The position numbers were made by a program, and so were the translations under genes. From Hamiltosporidium tvaerminnensis FI-OER-3-3 (Eukaryota; Fungi; Microsporidia), in NCBI GenBank assembly GCA_022605425.2, contig CM061255.1:310001-374000 (forward strand): a stretch of DNA of 64,000 bases, in the 5' to 3' direction. The notes beneath the pieces are model-generated. The model made no database searches and was not told the DNA's origin. It saw only the letters and a program-made list of their open reading frames with translations. This document shows, piece by piece, positions 12,314 to 23,966 of this stretch. The stretch's first letter is position 1, and every line of letters starts with the position of its first letter.

Positions 12314-12541
12314 AGTGGAGAGAGGATAAGCACATTAAAAACTATCTGCTTGGCAATGACTGTCAATGAAATGGTGTGAAGATCATTGTTGAGATTTTTG
12401 CGGGATATAAACCACGCTGGATCTATAACCCAATCTCCTATAATCCCGAATTACAACATATTAAAAGACACGGATGAAAAACTTCCATTTGTTCCTCCTA
12501 GGCAACGAGAGGTAAAGAGGAATGGAATAAGTAAGTAAGCA
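12314..12541 (+). mobile_element. Family S short SINE-like element
   Basis: First ~100 nt are homologous to the family L head; the body is different and has a 3' hairpin TTCCA..TTCCTC/GAGGAATGGAA. 13-bp TSD TAATAT(A/C)TTTCTT at 12301-12313 and 12542-12554 (one mismatch). Confidence 0.8.
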
Positions 12542-12883
12542 TAATATCTTTCTTTAATTATACGTGTTTTGACTTTTTGAATGTTTTATGGAAATATTCA
12601 AGCCGTATTTACACTATTTCAAAACATATAAAATATATTTGAACTAAATATAAGAATTTTTAATTAGAAGATGTAATTAATTGCAAAATTGTTAAATAAA
12701 TCATATAGAAATCACTTGTTTGGTTAAAAAACAATTTTTTATAACATCATTATTAACAGGATTGGTTATATTGATTTTTAATTAAACATTAGATATTCTG
12801 TAAGAATTTTTATAATCGATTAATACTTAATTAATCAAGAAAAAAATATTTAATATATAACTTATTCGATCGAATTTCCCTTC

Positions 12884-14191
12884 ATGTTTAAAAAAATTTT
12901 ATTAAATATTGTACTTATAGGTATAAACATAATAAAAAGTGCTAGCTTAGAACAAAAGCCGACGAGTGAAACCGATGTCAATTGTTATTTTGAATTACTC
13001 TGTAGAATAGAAAATTTTGGTTCGAAAGCCTTTAAAAAATATATTTCAATTGTTGGAACTAATGTGAGAAATGATTGTGGAATATTTATTTTTGATCGCG
13101 ATGCTGAAATTCTTGAGTTAACAAGATTTTTTCTAGATATGTTTCCGACCGATAAGAAATATATGTTTCAAACAAATATATTTTTGAAAAACCTTGGCAA
13201 AGAAGAAATTCCACTTGGTGAAATTGCTAAAGAAGCTAAGTTGGTGTATACCGCAACCGTAAACGAATTTAAATCAAGTACCTACACTTTATCTTCGTCA
13301 AAAATTCAGGATACCTTTGAATATGTTGAAAAGGTTGAAATTCTACGACATTTGATTGAAAAGAATACTAAATTACAGAATTTCGATATAGTTGATAATT
13401 TTTGTTTTAACAGAACATTTTCTCCTTCTTTATATCCATGTAAAGGTAAAGAAGACAATATCACAATTATTTTATTAGGTTTGGCATTTTTATTACCCCA
13501 TGAATTAGATGTTTTTGAATTTATTTTTGAAGAATTGTACAGAACATATAATTTATACGGCAAGAATATTTATTTTGCTTTCTTCCCAAATATTAAATCA
13601 AGGCATATGAATGTGTTTGGTCGATATCTTACTTCCTCTGATATATGTAGGTATTACATATTCAATTTTTATGTAGAAAATATCAATATTTTAAATGATT
13701 ATAAGACTTCAAAGGGCATAAAAATTTTGAATTCAAAAAAATATGGTCTTTATCTTACTGGAGAAACATTTACATCAGAAAATGGAAAAGAGCTTACAAA
13801 AAAGTTTGAAAACCTTGATTTTGATAAAGATTTATTAAAACATATCGATGTTGCAAAAATTAAAATTTCTAAAACAAATTTAACCACAACTAGTTTAAAC
13901 AATTCCCACTTTGAATTTAAGGTAAAATTGTTCAACAATAAAAGTATAAATATTGTTTCTACAACACAAAAACTTGAAAGTGGTTTGTATTATGTTTTTT
14001 TGCTGAATTTGTGCGATATAGACGATCAGAAAAAGAATATCTCTGTTATTCTTCATACAAATTTACTCGGTACAAATATGAAGATTGATAAATGTGAATC
14101 ATCGGAACAAATTACGAGCACAGGAGATTTGCTGAAAGCTATCGAACGAAAATTTGAAAATGTTCTTATTTGGGCTACAATAAATACTTAA
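12884..14191 (+). CDS. Hypothetical secreted protein (435 aa, lineage-specific)
   Basis: Long intact ORF in AT-rich DNA. CCCTTC precedes the ATG. MFKKILLNIVLIGINIIKSA resembles a signal peptide. No domain recognised. Confidence 0.8.
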   Translation: MFKKILLNIVLIGINIIKSASLEQKPTSETDVNCYFELLCRIENFGSKAFKKYISIVGTNVRNDCGIFIFDRDAEILELTRFFLDMFPTDKKYMFQTNIFLKNLGKEEIPLGEIAKEAKLVYTATVNEFKSSTYTLSSSKIQDTFEYVEKVEILRHLIEKNTKLQNFDIVDNFCFNRTFSPSLYPCKGKEDNITIILLGLAFLLPHELDVFEFIFEELYRTYNLYGKNIYFAFFPNIKSRHMNVFGRYLTSSDICRYYIFNFYVENINILNDYKTSKGIKILNSKKYGLYLTGETFTSENGKELTKKFENLDFDKDLLKHIDVAKIKISKTNLTTTSLNNSHFEFKVKLFNNKSINIVSTTQKLESGLYYVFLLNLCDIDDQKKNISVILHTNLLGTNMKIDKCESSEQITSTGDLLKAIERKFENVLIWATINT

Positions 14192-14324
14192 AAAGTATTA
14201 AAAATTTATTTTATTTTAATTTCTTCATATAAAGTTTGTCTTTCAAATCATTTATTTACGAAGTCAGTATTTTTAATACTTTTATTGGTTTTTTAGCTCA
14301 AGTAGTCATTTATAATTAAACTAG

Positions 14325-15255
14325 TGGTTAAGCTCGTAGAAACGAACTTTTCTTTACATTCATAAGAAAACAAAATCCCGAAAAAAATCCTAAACTTCAA
14401 GATCCAAGCCATAGTTTCTTACCATTTTTAATATAAATTTTATAGTCTCACCTAGTCTGTTCTTCGTATATTTTTTAGTCTTGCATTTTTGATTATTTGC
14501 CGCTCTTAAGAAATTTCTCAATAAAATTTAGGATATTTTGTAATAGCATATTCTCATCCTTCTATTTTATTTACTTTCAATTTTTCAAAACTTCAGCTCT
14601 GTATTTTATGTCTAGCCTGTTCCCTTTCCACCTATTTTTATTCAATTATGTCTTTTTTCTCGAAGAAATTTATTCAGATGTTGAATTTTCTTTGTTTAAA
14701 ACACTGTTCCTTTAACTATATGCTGTATTATTAAATTTATTTATTCGATTTTTAGTTATTTTTATTAAAACTCTTTTGATTTAATCAAGTATAAAGTTCT
14801 ATATAGCTATTCAGGCAATATTTATGGTGTGCAACTATTATTGAGAATATAAATAAATTGCTGTAAAAACGGCAAAAAACATCATTATTATCATAAAATT
14901 TTTTATATAACTGTAAATTCTTAGAAAATAAATCTTAACCAATTGATTTAAACTTTTTTTAAACGAAATACTTTAGAAAAATGGAAAAAAAAATTATTTG
15001 TTTTTCCTTCCATATTAATACAGTCTAGAGAAGATTTTTACAATTTTTTTTCAAATATTTTTCAACCAATAGAATCTTTTTTATTGTTTTATGGTTAGTT
15101 CTACTCATTATTATTGTTGTGTAGATTTTATGAACAAAAAAAAGCGACATATCTTAATTGGAGCACTCTTGTTAGTGTCTTATATTCTTTTAACCAATTA
15201 AACATTTCGAGGTGAGTGTCGTCGTCGGGACATTACTGAATTATATAAATGATTA
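14325..15255. repeat. Dispersed ~0.9 kb repeat, copy 1 (unclassified)
   Basis: Colinear with 19805-20490 plus 21233-21477 (e.g. GCTCGT.GAAACGAACTTT, CTCACCT.GTC.GTT, GAGCACTCTT, ACATTACTGAATTATATAAATGAT). Confidence 0.7.
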
Positions 15256-18200
15256 GATTTGAGTACAAAGCCCTTAATAGTAAAAAATTATAAATATTTG
15301 CCATGAATATGCTAAATATATTTATAATCAAAGAGATTTGTATTTTTATAGATTGTGCAGGGAAATTTAAATATACAACAAATCCAGATGTTATAAATAC
15401 ATATAAATATTTATATAATGCTGTTATTGATCATTGTAAATTATAATTTTCGGTAAAACCACAGTTTCTGTTTAAAAAACAATATTATATTTAAAGCGGA
15501 ATAATTAATCTCGAAAAATTAACGATTTAGTATATTTTGTTATTTTTTTCTAACTTTATGCATGATTTTACTTTTATATTTGATAGTACATTAGGTTCAA
15601 TTATTTTGCAACAATAAGGAGGCGGATAATCCGATTCTTTGTTTTCCTGGCTTACATTCCACATTAGCATTTAAGTGCAATAAAGATATAAATTTCGTGT
15701 ATATCTCGACTTATTATATGACATCCTTTGTAAAAAATTTACATTTCAAAAATATTTTTTTGTGATTCTATTTTGCTCGAAGATTAAAAAATCTATTTGA
15801 GCTTTTTGAATTACTATGTAAAAAAAAGATCCAAAATAATTTTGTAATAGATTTCTTATAATATTATATATAATTCTATCTCCAACTATCAAAAAATATT
15901 ACTAAATTTCTAAATGTATACAAAAATTAATTTGTGTCAATTATTCATACTTTAAATTGTTATTTTTCTACTTTTTTAAGAGAATTACTGAATGAAATTC
16001 ATACTTCTATATGATTATAAAATTTCTTTAATGATACCAAAACTTTTATGTCTTAAATTTCCGAAAAAAGCTTCATTTTGAAAATTCATCTTGAAAAATA
16101 CAAAAGATTCGAAAAAAATTGATGCAAGTAGATTTTTTTGCTTATAAATTGCTGTGATCATCTTTCTCTATTTTTATGTAACAACTTTTTAAATTTTGAT
16201 CTTTCTATTTTGGACTTCTGCTTCGGGTTTGGTTTTTCATCCACCATTTAGAGTTCTAGAATTCCGATATTTGTTTATTTGAACTTCTCGATAAAAAAAG
16301 ATAAATTAATGGTTTTATCTGTCATTTCATAGATTTCAGTTCATTGTATCCTATCTCTGTATGCTCCTTTCCTATGCCCAAAGATACTTGGTCTTAAAAC
16401 CCTTTCTTTTCACTGATCAAATAAAATCTGTATCATTTTTTGGGATAGTCCAAAGAGTAAAATAAACTTTATTCTTACAAGATATTTAAGTATTTCAAGG
16501 TACAAATTATTGTATTTTGTTCAAATACTATTAAATGTTGCGACATAAGGAATTTTCTAAGCCCAACATCTTTAAACTAAGCGTGATCATAATCTAAAAA
16601 GTTGAGATTTACAAGGTCTTACATTTATTCAATTTGAAGCTCTAGCATGTGAACCAATACGGTGTGAAACACGTTTTTATCAAATTCAAAGGATTATTTA
16701 AACATTTATTGAGTCTTTTTGAGCCAAATTTGATATAAATTCGTAATAAAATTATTATATTTGAATTTACAAATTTCTAGACTTTTCATTTTTGTAGGAT
16801 AGATGATAAATATACATTTTATTTCCAATATATTTATATAGTTTATTTAGAATTTCATTCTCATAATTAGTACAAAATTACGAGCCTGGATTTGAAAAAA
16901 AACGAGATATGTCCGATGACAAGATTATCTTGATCGAATGTCAGAAAGCAGGTTTTCAAAAACTCAAAAAACGATAATAGCAGTTTTCAAGAACGAGATG
17001 GTTTAATGATGTAAATGAACAGCACAAACCTTTAATCAAGCAAAAGAATAAAAATATTAATATAAAAATAGATTTAAGATAGTTTTAATGTACAATTTGA
17101 CTTTAAAGAGGCATAATATTACTAAGGGCTAAACTTATATCTAGATGATGTCAGTAGTTGTATGTTCTATTATTCTTGAGTTCACTTATTCATAGTGCCT
17201 GATAGAATCTCTTTATATTCTTTAATTTTTTAATTATATTGTTTAATAGGTACTTTTTTTAGTTGTTTTCAATATTTTATATCATAGAGTTTTAGCAAAA
17301 AAAAGCTGCTAAAAACAAGAGGATTAAAACAATAAATTTGGGCTCTGAATCAATAATTGTGTTTATTTCCCTGTAAAAAACTCTTTGTAATATTTTCAAT
17401 TTCCAATAATAAATCCAAGTTTAATCAAATTAATAACGAATTATGATATAGATGAAAAAATCAGATTGATAAATTTTTTCAAAACAATATAAAAAAATAT
17501 ATCAAAAGAATCAATTAACATAAAGGTCAAATTATGTTACTATCACTAGCATTTTTTCATATCAAACAAAAAATTTTGATAAAAAGAACAACTTATTCAA
17601 TAAACTAAATATATTATTAGCTACACATGTTACTAGAATCACTCATCTATCATTATCATATCTTTCAATAGCAAATAAGTCAATGTAGATCAAATCATAA
17701 AGCAATTGGTTATATATAAACAGGAATCCGCATCTCGATGTTCATTTAATACAACTGCTTCAAATTATATTCAAGAAGGTTCAGAAATAAATCGTTGAAA
17801 AAACATTTCTTTTTTTTTACAAAATTTTCATGAATCAAAATTGAAATTTTTAATCAGAACTATAAAGCAGAACTCGTAAAACTTGCATATGTAAGAGACG
17901 GAACTATTTTGAAAAAAACACAAAAAAATTGTATTACACTAATAATAAAAAGTGTATTTGTATAGCTTCAAATTACTGATACCTTCCAAAAACTTTATAC
18001 ATATTTATTCTCAATTAAAATGGATTATAAAAACACATTGATTTAAGGTTTGACAAAATAAGGTGTTCTAAAAGCATGATACAGAATAATTTTGGAAAAA
18101 TCAATTTAGAATAATATCTTTAAAAAAATTTAATAAACATTTAATGAAAATTTCTATTCTATCTGTTTTTTGGTTACATTTAATTTTGGAAAAATTAATT

Positions 18201-18488
18201 TTTTAATTATTTAATTTAAAATTTACACTAAAAATTTTATTATTTCTAAAACAATGATATTATTAATATCCGAAAAAAACATTATCTTTATAGAATCATA
18301 CGTTTTTTATTATAATTTACAATTTTCTAAAGCAAATATGACAACAAAAAAGAAGCATTAGTCATAAACACAAATCTTTAATTCAAAAATTTTATTTTTT
18401 TAATATTAATTTATTTATTGATGATAAAATAATTTTTAATTTTTTGAAAAAAACTATTTATTTAAATTAGGAAAAGAAACACCTAAAA

Positions 18489-19331
18489 ATGGAAGAATGT
18501 ATGAAAGAATGTTTTATAGACTTAAAAAATAGTACCTCTATAAATTATTTAGAAAGGTTATTGGGAAGATCAAAAAATGATAAAATTGCAACAATCTGTC
18601 ATCATAACTGTTCCGTACTGTTGAATATCAATGACTATAAACATAATGGAAGATATCCATTTAGATCTATTTTAACTTCAACAGAATTCTTATCTTCTGT
18701 TTTTTCAATGTTTAATTTTATTATGATTTTTATTTGTTATAATCTTATTTTCAGTAATAATAATAAATCTGTATCATTTACAGGATTATACAAACTTCAA
18801 TATATAATATCATTAATATGTTGGATTTCCAGTACTCTTTTTCACATATATGATACATGGTATACAAGATGTATGGATTATTTTACTGGTTATATATTTT
18901 TCATAGTTACTCTATATATTTTTACATTAAGATCTCTATATTTGTTTAAATTCAATCAAAAAAATATTATATTTTTTAGAAATTATATGGTTCCTCTACT
19001 AAGAATATGGACGCTCTTACATATTTTTTATATGTATTACATTGATTTTAACTATGTATTTCATAAAGTATCGTGTATAATTATATACATTATGATCTTG
19101 TGCAATTGGACAGCTTATATTATAAAAATGATCAAATTTATACATACAAGATATTTAATTATTTATATTTTATTTATTTTGAGTGGCGGAATCATAGAAG
19201 TAATGGATTTTCCACCTTTGTTTTATCTTCTTGATTCACATGCAATTTGGCATTTTTTATCAGGCCTTGCTGTACCATTCTATTATTTATTTATAAGTAA
19301 AGATATTGTAAATGAAACTGTTAATCAATGA
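18489..19331 (+). CDS. PER1: Per1/PGAP3 GPI-anchor lipid remodelling protein (CREST superfamily)
   Basis: C..NC, K.NGRYPF, EFLSSVFSMFN, WISSTLFH..DT..T..MDYF and DFPP...LLDSHAIWH motifs; multiple TM segments. Confidence 0.9.
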   Translation: MEECMKECFIDLKNSTSINYLERLLGRSKNDKIATICHHNCSVLLNINDYKHNGRYPFRSILTSTEFLSSVFSMFNFIMIFICYNLIFSNNNKSVSFTGLYKLQYIISLICWISSTLFHIYDTWYTRCMDYFTGYIFFIVTLYIFTLRSLYLFKFNQKNIIFFRNYMVPLLRIWTLLHIFYMYYIDFNYVFHKVSCIIIYIMILCNWTAYIIKMIKFIHTRYLIIYILFILSGGIIEVMDFPPLFYLLDSHAIWHFLSGLAVPFYYLFISKDIVNETVNQ

Positions 19332-19576
19332 CGATTTAATACGATCTAACGTTTGTTATATTTACATTATCAATATGAAACAGGAAAAAAATATAAAAAA
19401 TGTAAATCAAGAATTATCATTATAAACCTATCATTTTAAATAAAACGACTTGGATAAAACCTATATTGTAAACAAATTTATCATAATGAATGTTCTATAT
19501 CCAGTTTTAAATGTAAACCAACTATTGTTTAAAAATGATTAATTTCGAAAATGAAATTGACTTCTATTGCCAATTG

Positions 19577-19672
19577 TTTGGATATAAACCACACTAAATC
19601 TATGGACACATTCTTTATAATTCCGAGTTATAACAGATTAAAATACAAATAGAATAAGAGGGTAAGGTTGGC
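19577..19672 (+). mobile_element. Internal fragment of family S element
   Basis: GGATATAAACCACACTAAATCTAT...TATAATTCCGAGTTATAACA.ATTAAAA matches ~12403-12467 and ~2971-3035. Confidence 0.6.
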
Positions 19673-19804
19673 TTCTATTTAATAATTTCAAATAAAACTC
19701 AATGAAGATTTTAAATATAACGATTTAAATTAATGCAATTTTTCCTAGATATAGTTAATTTTTTTATTTTTTTAAATTTACTGTATTATTTATAAAATTA
19801 TTAG

Positions 19805-21477
19805 CTGTTATGCTCGTTGAAACGAACTTTATTTTACATTTACCAAATAAAAAAAATATCGATTATTATCTTAAAATTCAATATCCGAGCTATATATTAT
19901 AAAATTTTCGATAGGAATTTTAACTCACCTGGTCCGTTTCTCGAATATTGTTTTTAGTCTTTTTTTTCAGAATTATTAGCAGCTTTTGAGCAATTCCCTA
20001 AAAAAAATTTAGGGTTTTCTAACCTGCATATTTCTCTTCCTCTTTAATCGATACTTCTAATTGTTTAGAGCAACTACTCGGCATATTTTGTTAGTCTGTT
20101 CACTTTCCACCTATGTATATTCCATCTCGTCTTCTTTCCCGAAAAAAATTATTCTATTGAAGCGGCTTTTTGTCTAAAGAAATAGTTCTTTTAAACTAAA
20201 TGCTTATTGGTTATTTTATTTATTATATAAATCCAAAACATATATTTACAAATATTTTAATTTAATCAAGTATCAATTTCCATATTTTTCTAATAAAATT
20301 GTTTTATACAATTATTATTGAGGTATAACTAAACTGCGCCTTGAAAAGCCAAACATATATCCTTCTTATCACAACTGTTTATTCATAGTGAAAACTCCTA
20401 GGAATATAAATCCGAATAAATCAATAAATTTTTTTTTCAAAAAACAAAACTTTAGAAAATTAAAAAAAGTTAATTTTTTTTGTATTTCTTATGTGGAGGG
20501 AGGATAACCACATAAAAAACTTTCTGCTTGGCAATGAGTGTGTGAAACTGGTGTGAGATCATTGTTTGGATTTTTGGTAGAAATAAAACCACACTACATC
20601 TTTGGTTGTTCCATGGGAGTTGTTATGAGGAGGAGAGGTCTAAGAAATGGAGAAACTTTTTCTACAAATTTATTTGTAGTTTTTTATGTAACCAGATTGC
20701 AGACCGCAGCTGAACATGTAGGTAATTGCCATGTAAAAGCATGGAAACCTAGCCTTGCTCACTCGGGTTAGAAGACTTAGCGCCTGGGAGATACAAAACA
20801 AAAAACCATTTAAAGCCAGGAAAGCTAAGTAGCAGGTTATACCTGTTGGTATGACATTGCACTGTCTAGGTGGACCCCATGTAAATCTCTGAAATATATC
20901 TTAGCTAGAAGTTTATTGGGTTCAGAAAGTGTAGAGTAAGTGGGAATGCTGCATAGTCTTGGGGGAGCCCAGGGGGGGCTTCGGCCTTCGATCACACTCC
21001 ATGCAACGGACATTAACGAACTCCGGGCAACTGCCTCGCCTATTAATTAGGTTCTACACACCTGGTAGATGAAAGGCTTTGAGACGTAGGTATCGCAGGG
21101 GTTACCGATGGAGTTTTGGGTAGCAGTTATTTATGTTAAACCTAGAACTGCGTTAATGTCATGAAAACAAATATAACACTTGCTACTGTTTTAAAAAAGA
21201 TGTGATACTTTTAAATAAAGTTTGTATTTCTTGATAGAGAATATAATTTAGGAGTAATTTACGAATTTTCTTCCTAATGTTTTTTTGAACAAATAAAATC
21301 TTTTTAGGTGTCTCATGTTCAATTCTACTCACTATTATTGGTTGTGTAAGTTTTATGAACAAGTAAAAAGAGTCAAAGTTTGTTTTGAGCACTCTTATTG
21401 GTGTCTTGTAGTTTTTAACAATTTAAATATTTTGAGGTGAGTCGTCTTCTGAACATTACTGAATTATATAAATGATG
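19805..21477. repeat. Dispersed ~0.9 kb repeat, copy 2, split by family L copy D
   Basis: Homology to 14325-15255 stops at the SINE and resumes after it. Confidence 0.7.
20491..21220 (+). mobile_element. Family L SINE-like element, copy D
   Basis: 12-bp TSD TTTGTATTTCTT at 20479-20490 and 21221-21232. The paralogous empty site is visible near 15000. Confidence 0.88.
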
Positions 21478-21785
21478 ATAGGCAATAAAATAAATATAGA
21501 GCGAAAATAGCGACGATTTTATGTTTAATTGTTTTATTTCTTAGTTGGACAAAAGTACTGTAATATTCATAACTCATCTCTTTTAGGCATTTTTTTGTAA
21601 ATATAAAGTATATTTATTATTATAAATAAACAGAGAAGAGCTTATAGTTAAATTAAATATTTTTTTACCAATTGGGATCTAATAGAATATATTTGGGAAG
21701 TTACATTGGGTTTACAATTAAAATATTTTTTTATTAATGATAGAATTTTTTATTAAAAGTAGAGATTTTTTTGTTAAAAGTTTTA

Positions 21786-23480
21786 TTATTCTAAGTATAA
21801 AATATCATTACCTATGATTTCTCGTATAACCATTGTAGCATATGCAGATTTTGACAAGGAAAATTCTAAATAAATTATATTATTTTCAATAGAAACGGAT
21901 AAATCAGAAGTTTTTTCAATTAATTTTCGATACCCACCTTTTAAACCTCTTTCAACTTTCAAAGGTATAACTACATCGTAAATGGTATGTAAATCTAAAT
22001 TCTCATCCGTTATAGTTTCTATTTTTTCCTCCAAAGTTTCCTTCTCTTCATAAATTTCTTTCTTAGAATCATATAAAATATTATTGAATATATTTTTATC
22101 AAAAATAAAAACTTCAGAATCTAATTTAATATCTTCTAATTTTTTATGGGAATTCGATATATTATCATTGCCTGAAGTGACTTCTTTTGAAGAAATTTTT
22201 GTTCGTTTCAAAACCAAATCACCCACCTGAATATTTTTGCCTCTTTTTATTCTATCGGATGCCATTTTATTAAAAATATAACTTTGATAAGAATGTAAAT
22301 AAATACTTTTAAGTTCTTTTTTAATATTCTCAATACATTTTTTATCGGACAATCCTCTGCTTTTTCCTTTGCATATTGTTTTTTCAGCTATAAAACGTTG
22401 AGGAAACAATTCATACGCATCTTTAAACTTCTCTTCTTTGTATAAATTTCTTGCTTGTGTGATTTGTTCACTTTCATTAGAAATAGGCTCCATTATGATT
22501 TCCACCGCTTCTTTATATTTTTTTGTTACAATCAATTCACCAATAATATGATTATGCATATTTTTTCCAAACCGTTGATTACCATAATAATTTATAAATC
22601 CATTGTTTAAATACATTTTAATTTTTTCCACATCATAATTATTCTGTAAATTTGAATTTTCCGTCAAAGAATTTTCATTTCTATTCTTCGGACGTAAAAT
22701 TATTTTAAATCGATTTCCTTTTAATGTGCCTAACGATATACCCGAGACACAAGTTCGTATTTTATAAATTGAAATACCATTATTTTCTTCGGAAAGTTTT
22801 AAAGCAATTTGATACAAATCATAAAAGGAAATATCAGTAATTGACATTTTCTGATAAGTAACTGCTCTTTTATCTTTATTTCCACAAAATTTGATAGAAT
22901 TATATGAAATTTTTAAATACGATGCGATTATTTGGCATGCATTTAATGTGTCTCTATTTGTTTTTTTCAATACAAATGAATACTTTTTTGAATTATCAGA
23001 GATATAAAAAACCGAAACAATATTGTTGTCTGTTTTTGTCGATATAAGTGGATGGGATTGCAAAAAACCGTGTAAAACACTTCGATACGTTTTATTTGGA
23101 ATGTAGATTTTAAAAAGCAATTTTCTTTGATTATTTTCTACAAAAAAATTATCAAATTTATTATTTTGTATAGTCTCTATATTTTCTATAGTCTCTATAT
23201 TTTCATTCTTTTCATTGTTTAAAAAATATTTTTGTCGGTTTTGATTAATTGCTTTTACTAGATTTTCTAATTTTTCATCAATTATTTCAATTTTTGCAAA
23301 TTCTCTTATAAATTTAAGAACTTTTACAGCGTTTAAAGTATCAAATATATCTGTTTCCTCACATAATTCATTTTCGTGAATTTCTTGAACAATAAAATCA
23401 TTAAAAAATGTCTTAAGTGAATAATTCTCAACAAAAGGATCGGAATTAAAATATTCAATTATATTTACGTTTTCTAACAT
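21786..23480 (-). CDS. PUS7: TruD-family pseudouridine synthase Pus7
   Basis: LK...DFIVQEI, FCGNKDKRAVTYQ (catalytic Asp), LGTLKGNRFKIILR, GFINYYGNQRFG, YLHSYQSYIFN, GGYRKL and FSLSKSAYATMVIRE motifs. Confidence 0.95.
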   Translation of the reverse strand: MLENVNIIEYFNSDPFVENYSLKTFFNDFIVQEIHENELCEETDIFDTLNAVKVLKFIREFAKIEIIDEKLENLVKAINQNRQKYFLNNEKNENIETIENIETIQNNKFDNFFVENNQRKLLFKIYIPNKTYRSVLHGFLQSHPLISTKTDNNIVSVFYISDNSKKYSFVLKKTNRDTLNACQIIASYLKISYNSIKFCGNKDKRAVTYQKMSITDISFYDLYQIALKLSEENNGISIYKIRTCVSGISLGTLKGNRFKIILRPKNRNENSLTENSNLQNNYDVEKIKMYLNNGFINYYGNQRFGKNMHNHIIGELIVTKKYKEAVEIIMEPISNESEQITQARNLYKEEKFKDAYELFPQRFIAEKTICKGKSRGLSDKKCIENIKKELKSIYLHSYQSYIFNKMASDRIKRGKNIQVGDLVLKRTKISSKEVTSGNDNISNSHKKLEDIKLDSEVFIFDKNIFNNILYDSKKEIYEEKETLEEKIETITDENLDLHTIYDVVIPLKVERGLKGGYRKLIEKTSDLSVSIENNIIYLEFSLSKSAYATMVIREIIGNDILYLE

Positions 23481-23966
23481 TTTTTTTTGAAGGGTAAAAC
23501 TCTAATTGTGCACAGGACTTATTTATTATAAGGGCTTAACAATTAAAACTGCAAAAAATGAGTTTGAAATTTTTTAAATAGTTATAAATATAAATTCTTG
23601 AAGAAAATACAAATTAAAAATTCATTTAAAAAAATCACAATTTTAAACAAACAAACTTCATGCATTTAGAATTTCTATTTAATGTTAGAAATTATTGTTG
23701 CATCATATAAATACTTTCTATTGTTCAAATCAGCCAGAAAATATTATGTATGACTTGAATGTGAATATAAAATATTTAAAGAAAATTTATTGCTAATTTG
23801 TTATAAAGTCGTAATGACAAAAACACAATTCAATGAAAAAAAAATATTTTTGAATGTAGAAACTTAAAAATTATGTGTTGAAATCTTAACTTTTTAGATA
23901 TAGAGAAGCGGTTTATAAAGGTTTTTTGGGAGATAAAATAGATTTTTTTGCAAAAAATTAAATAAT

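Noticed and set aside
20538-20771. ORFs in family L copies (also 4303-4485)
   Set aside because: Frames are not preserved among copies.
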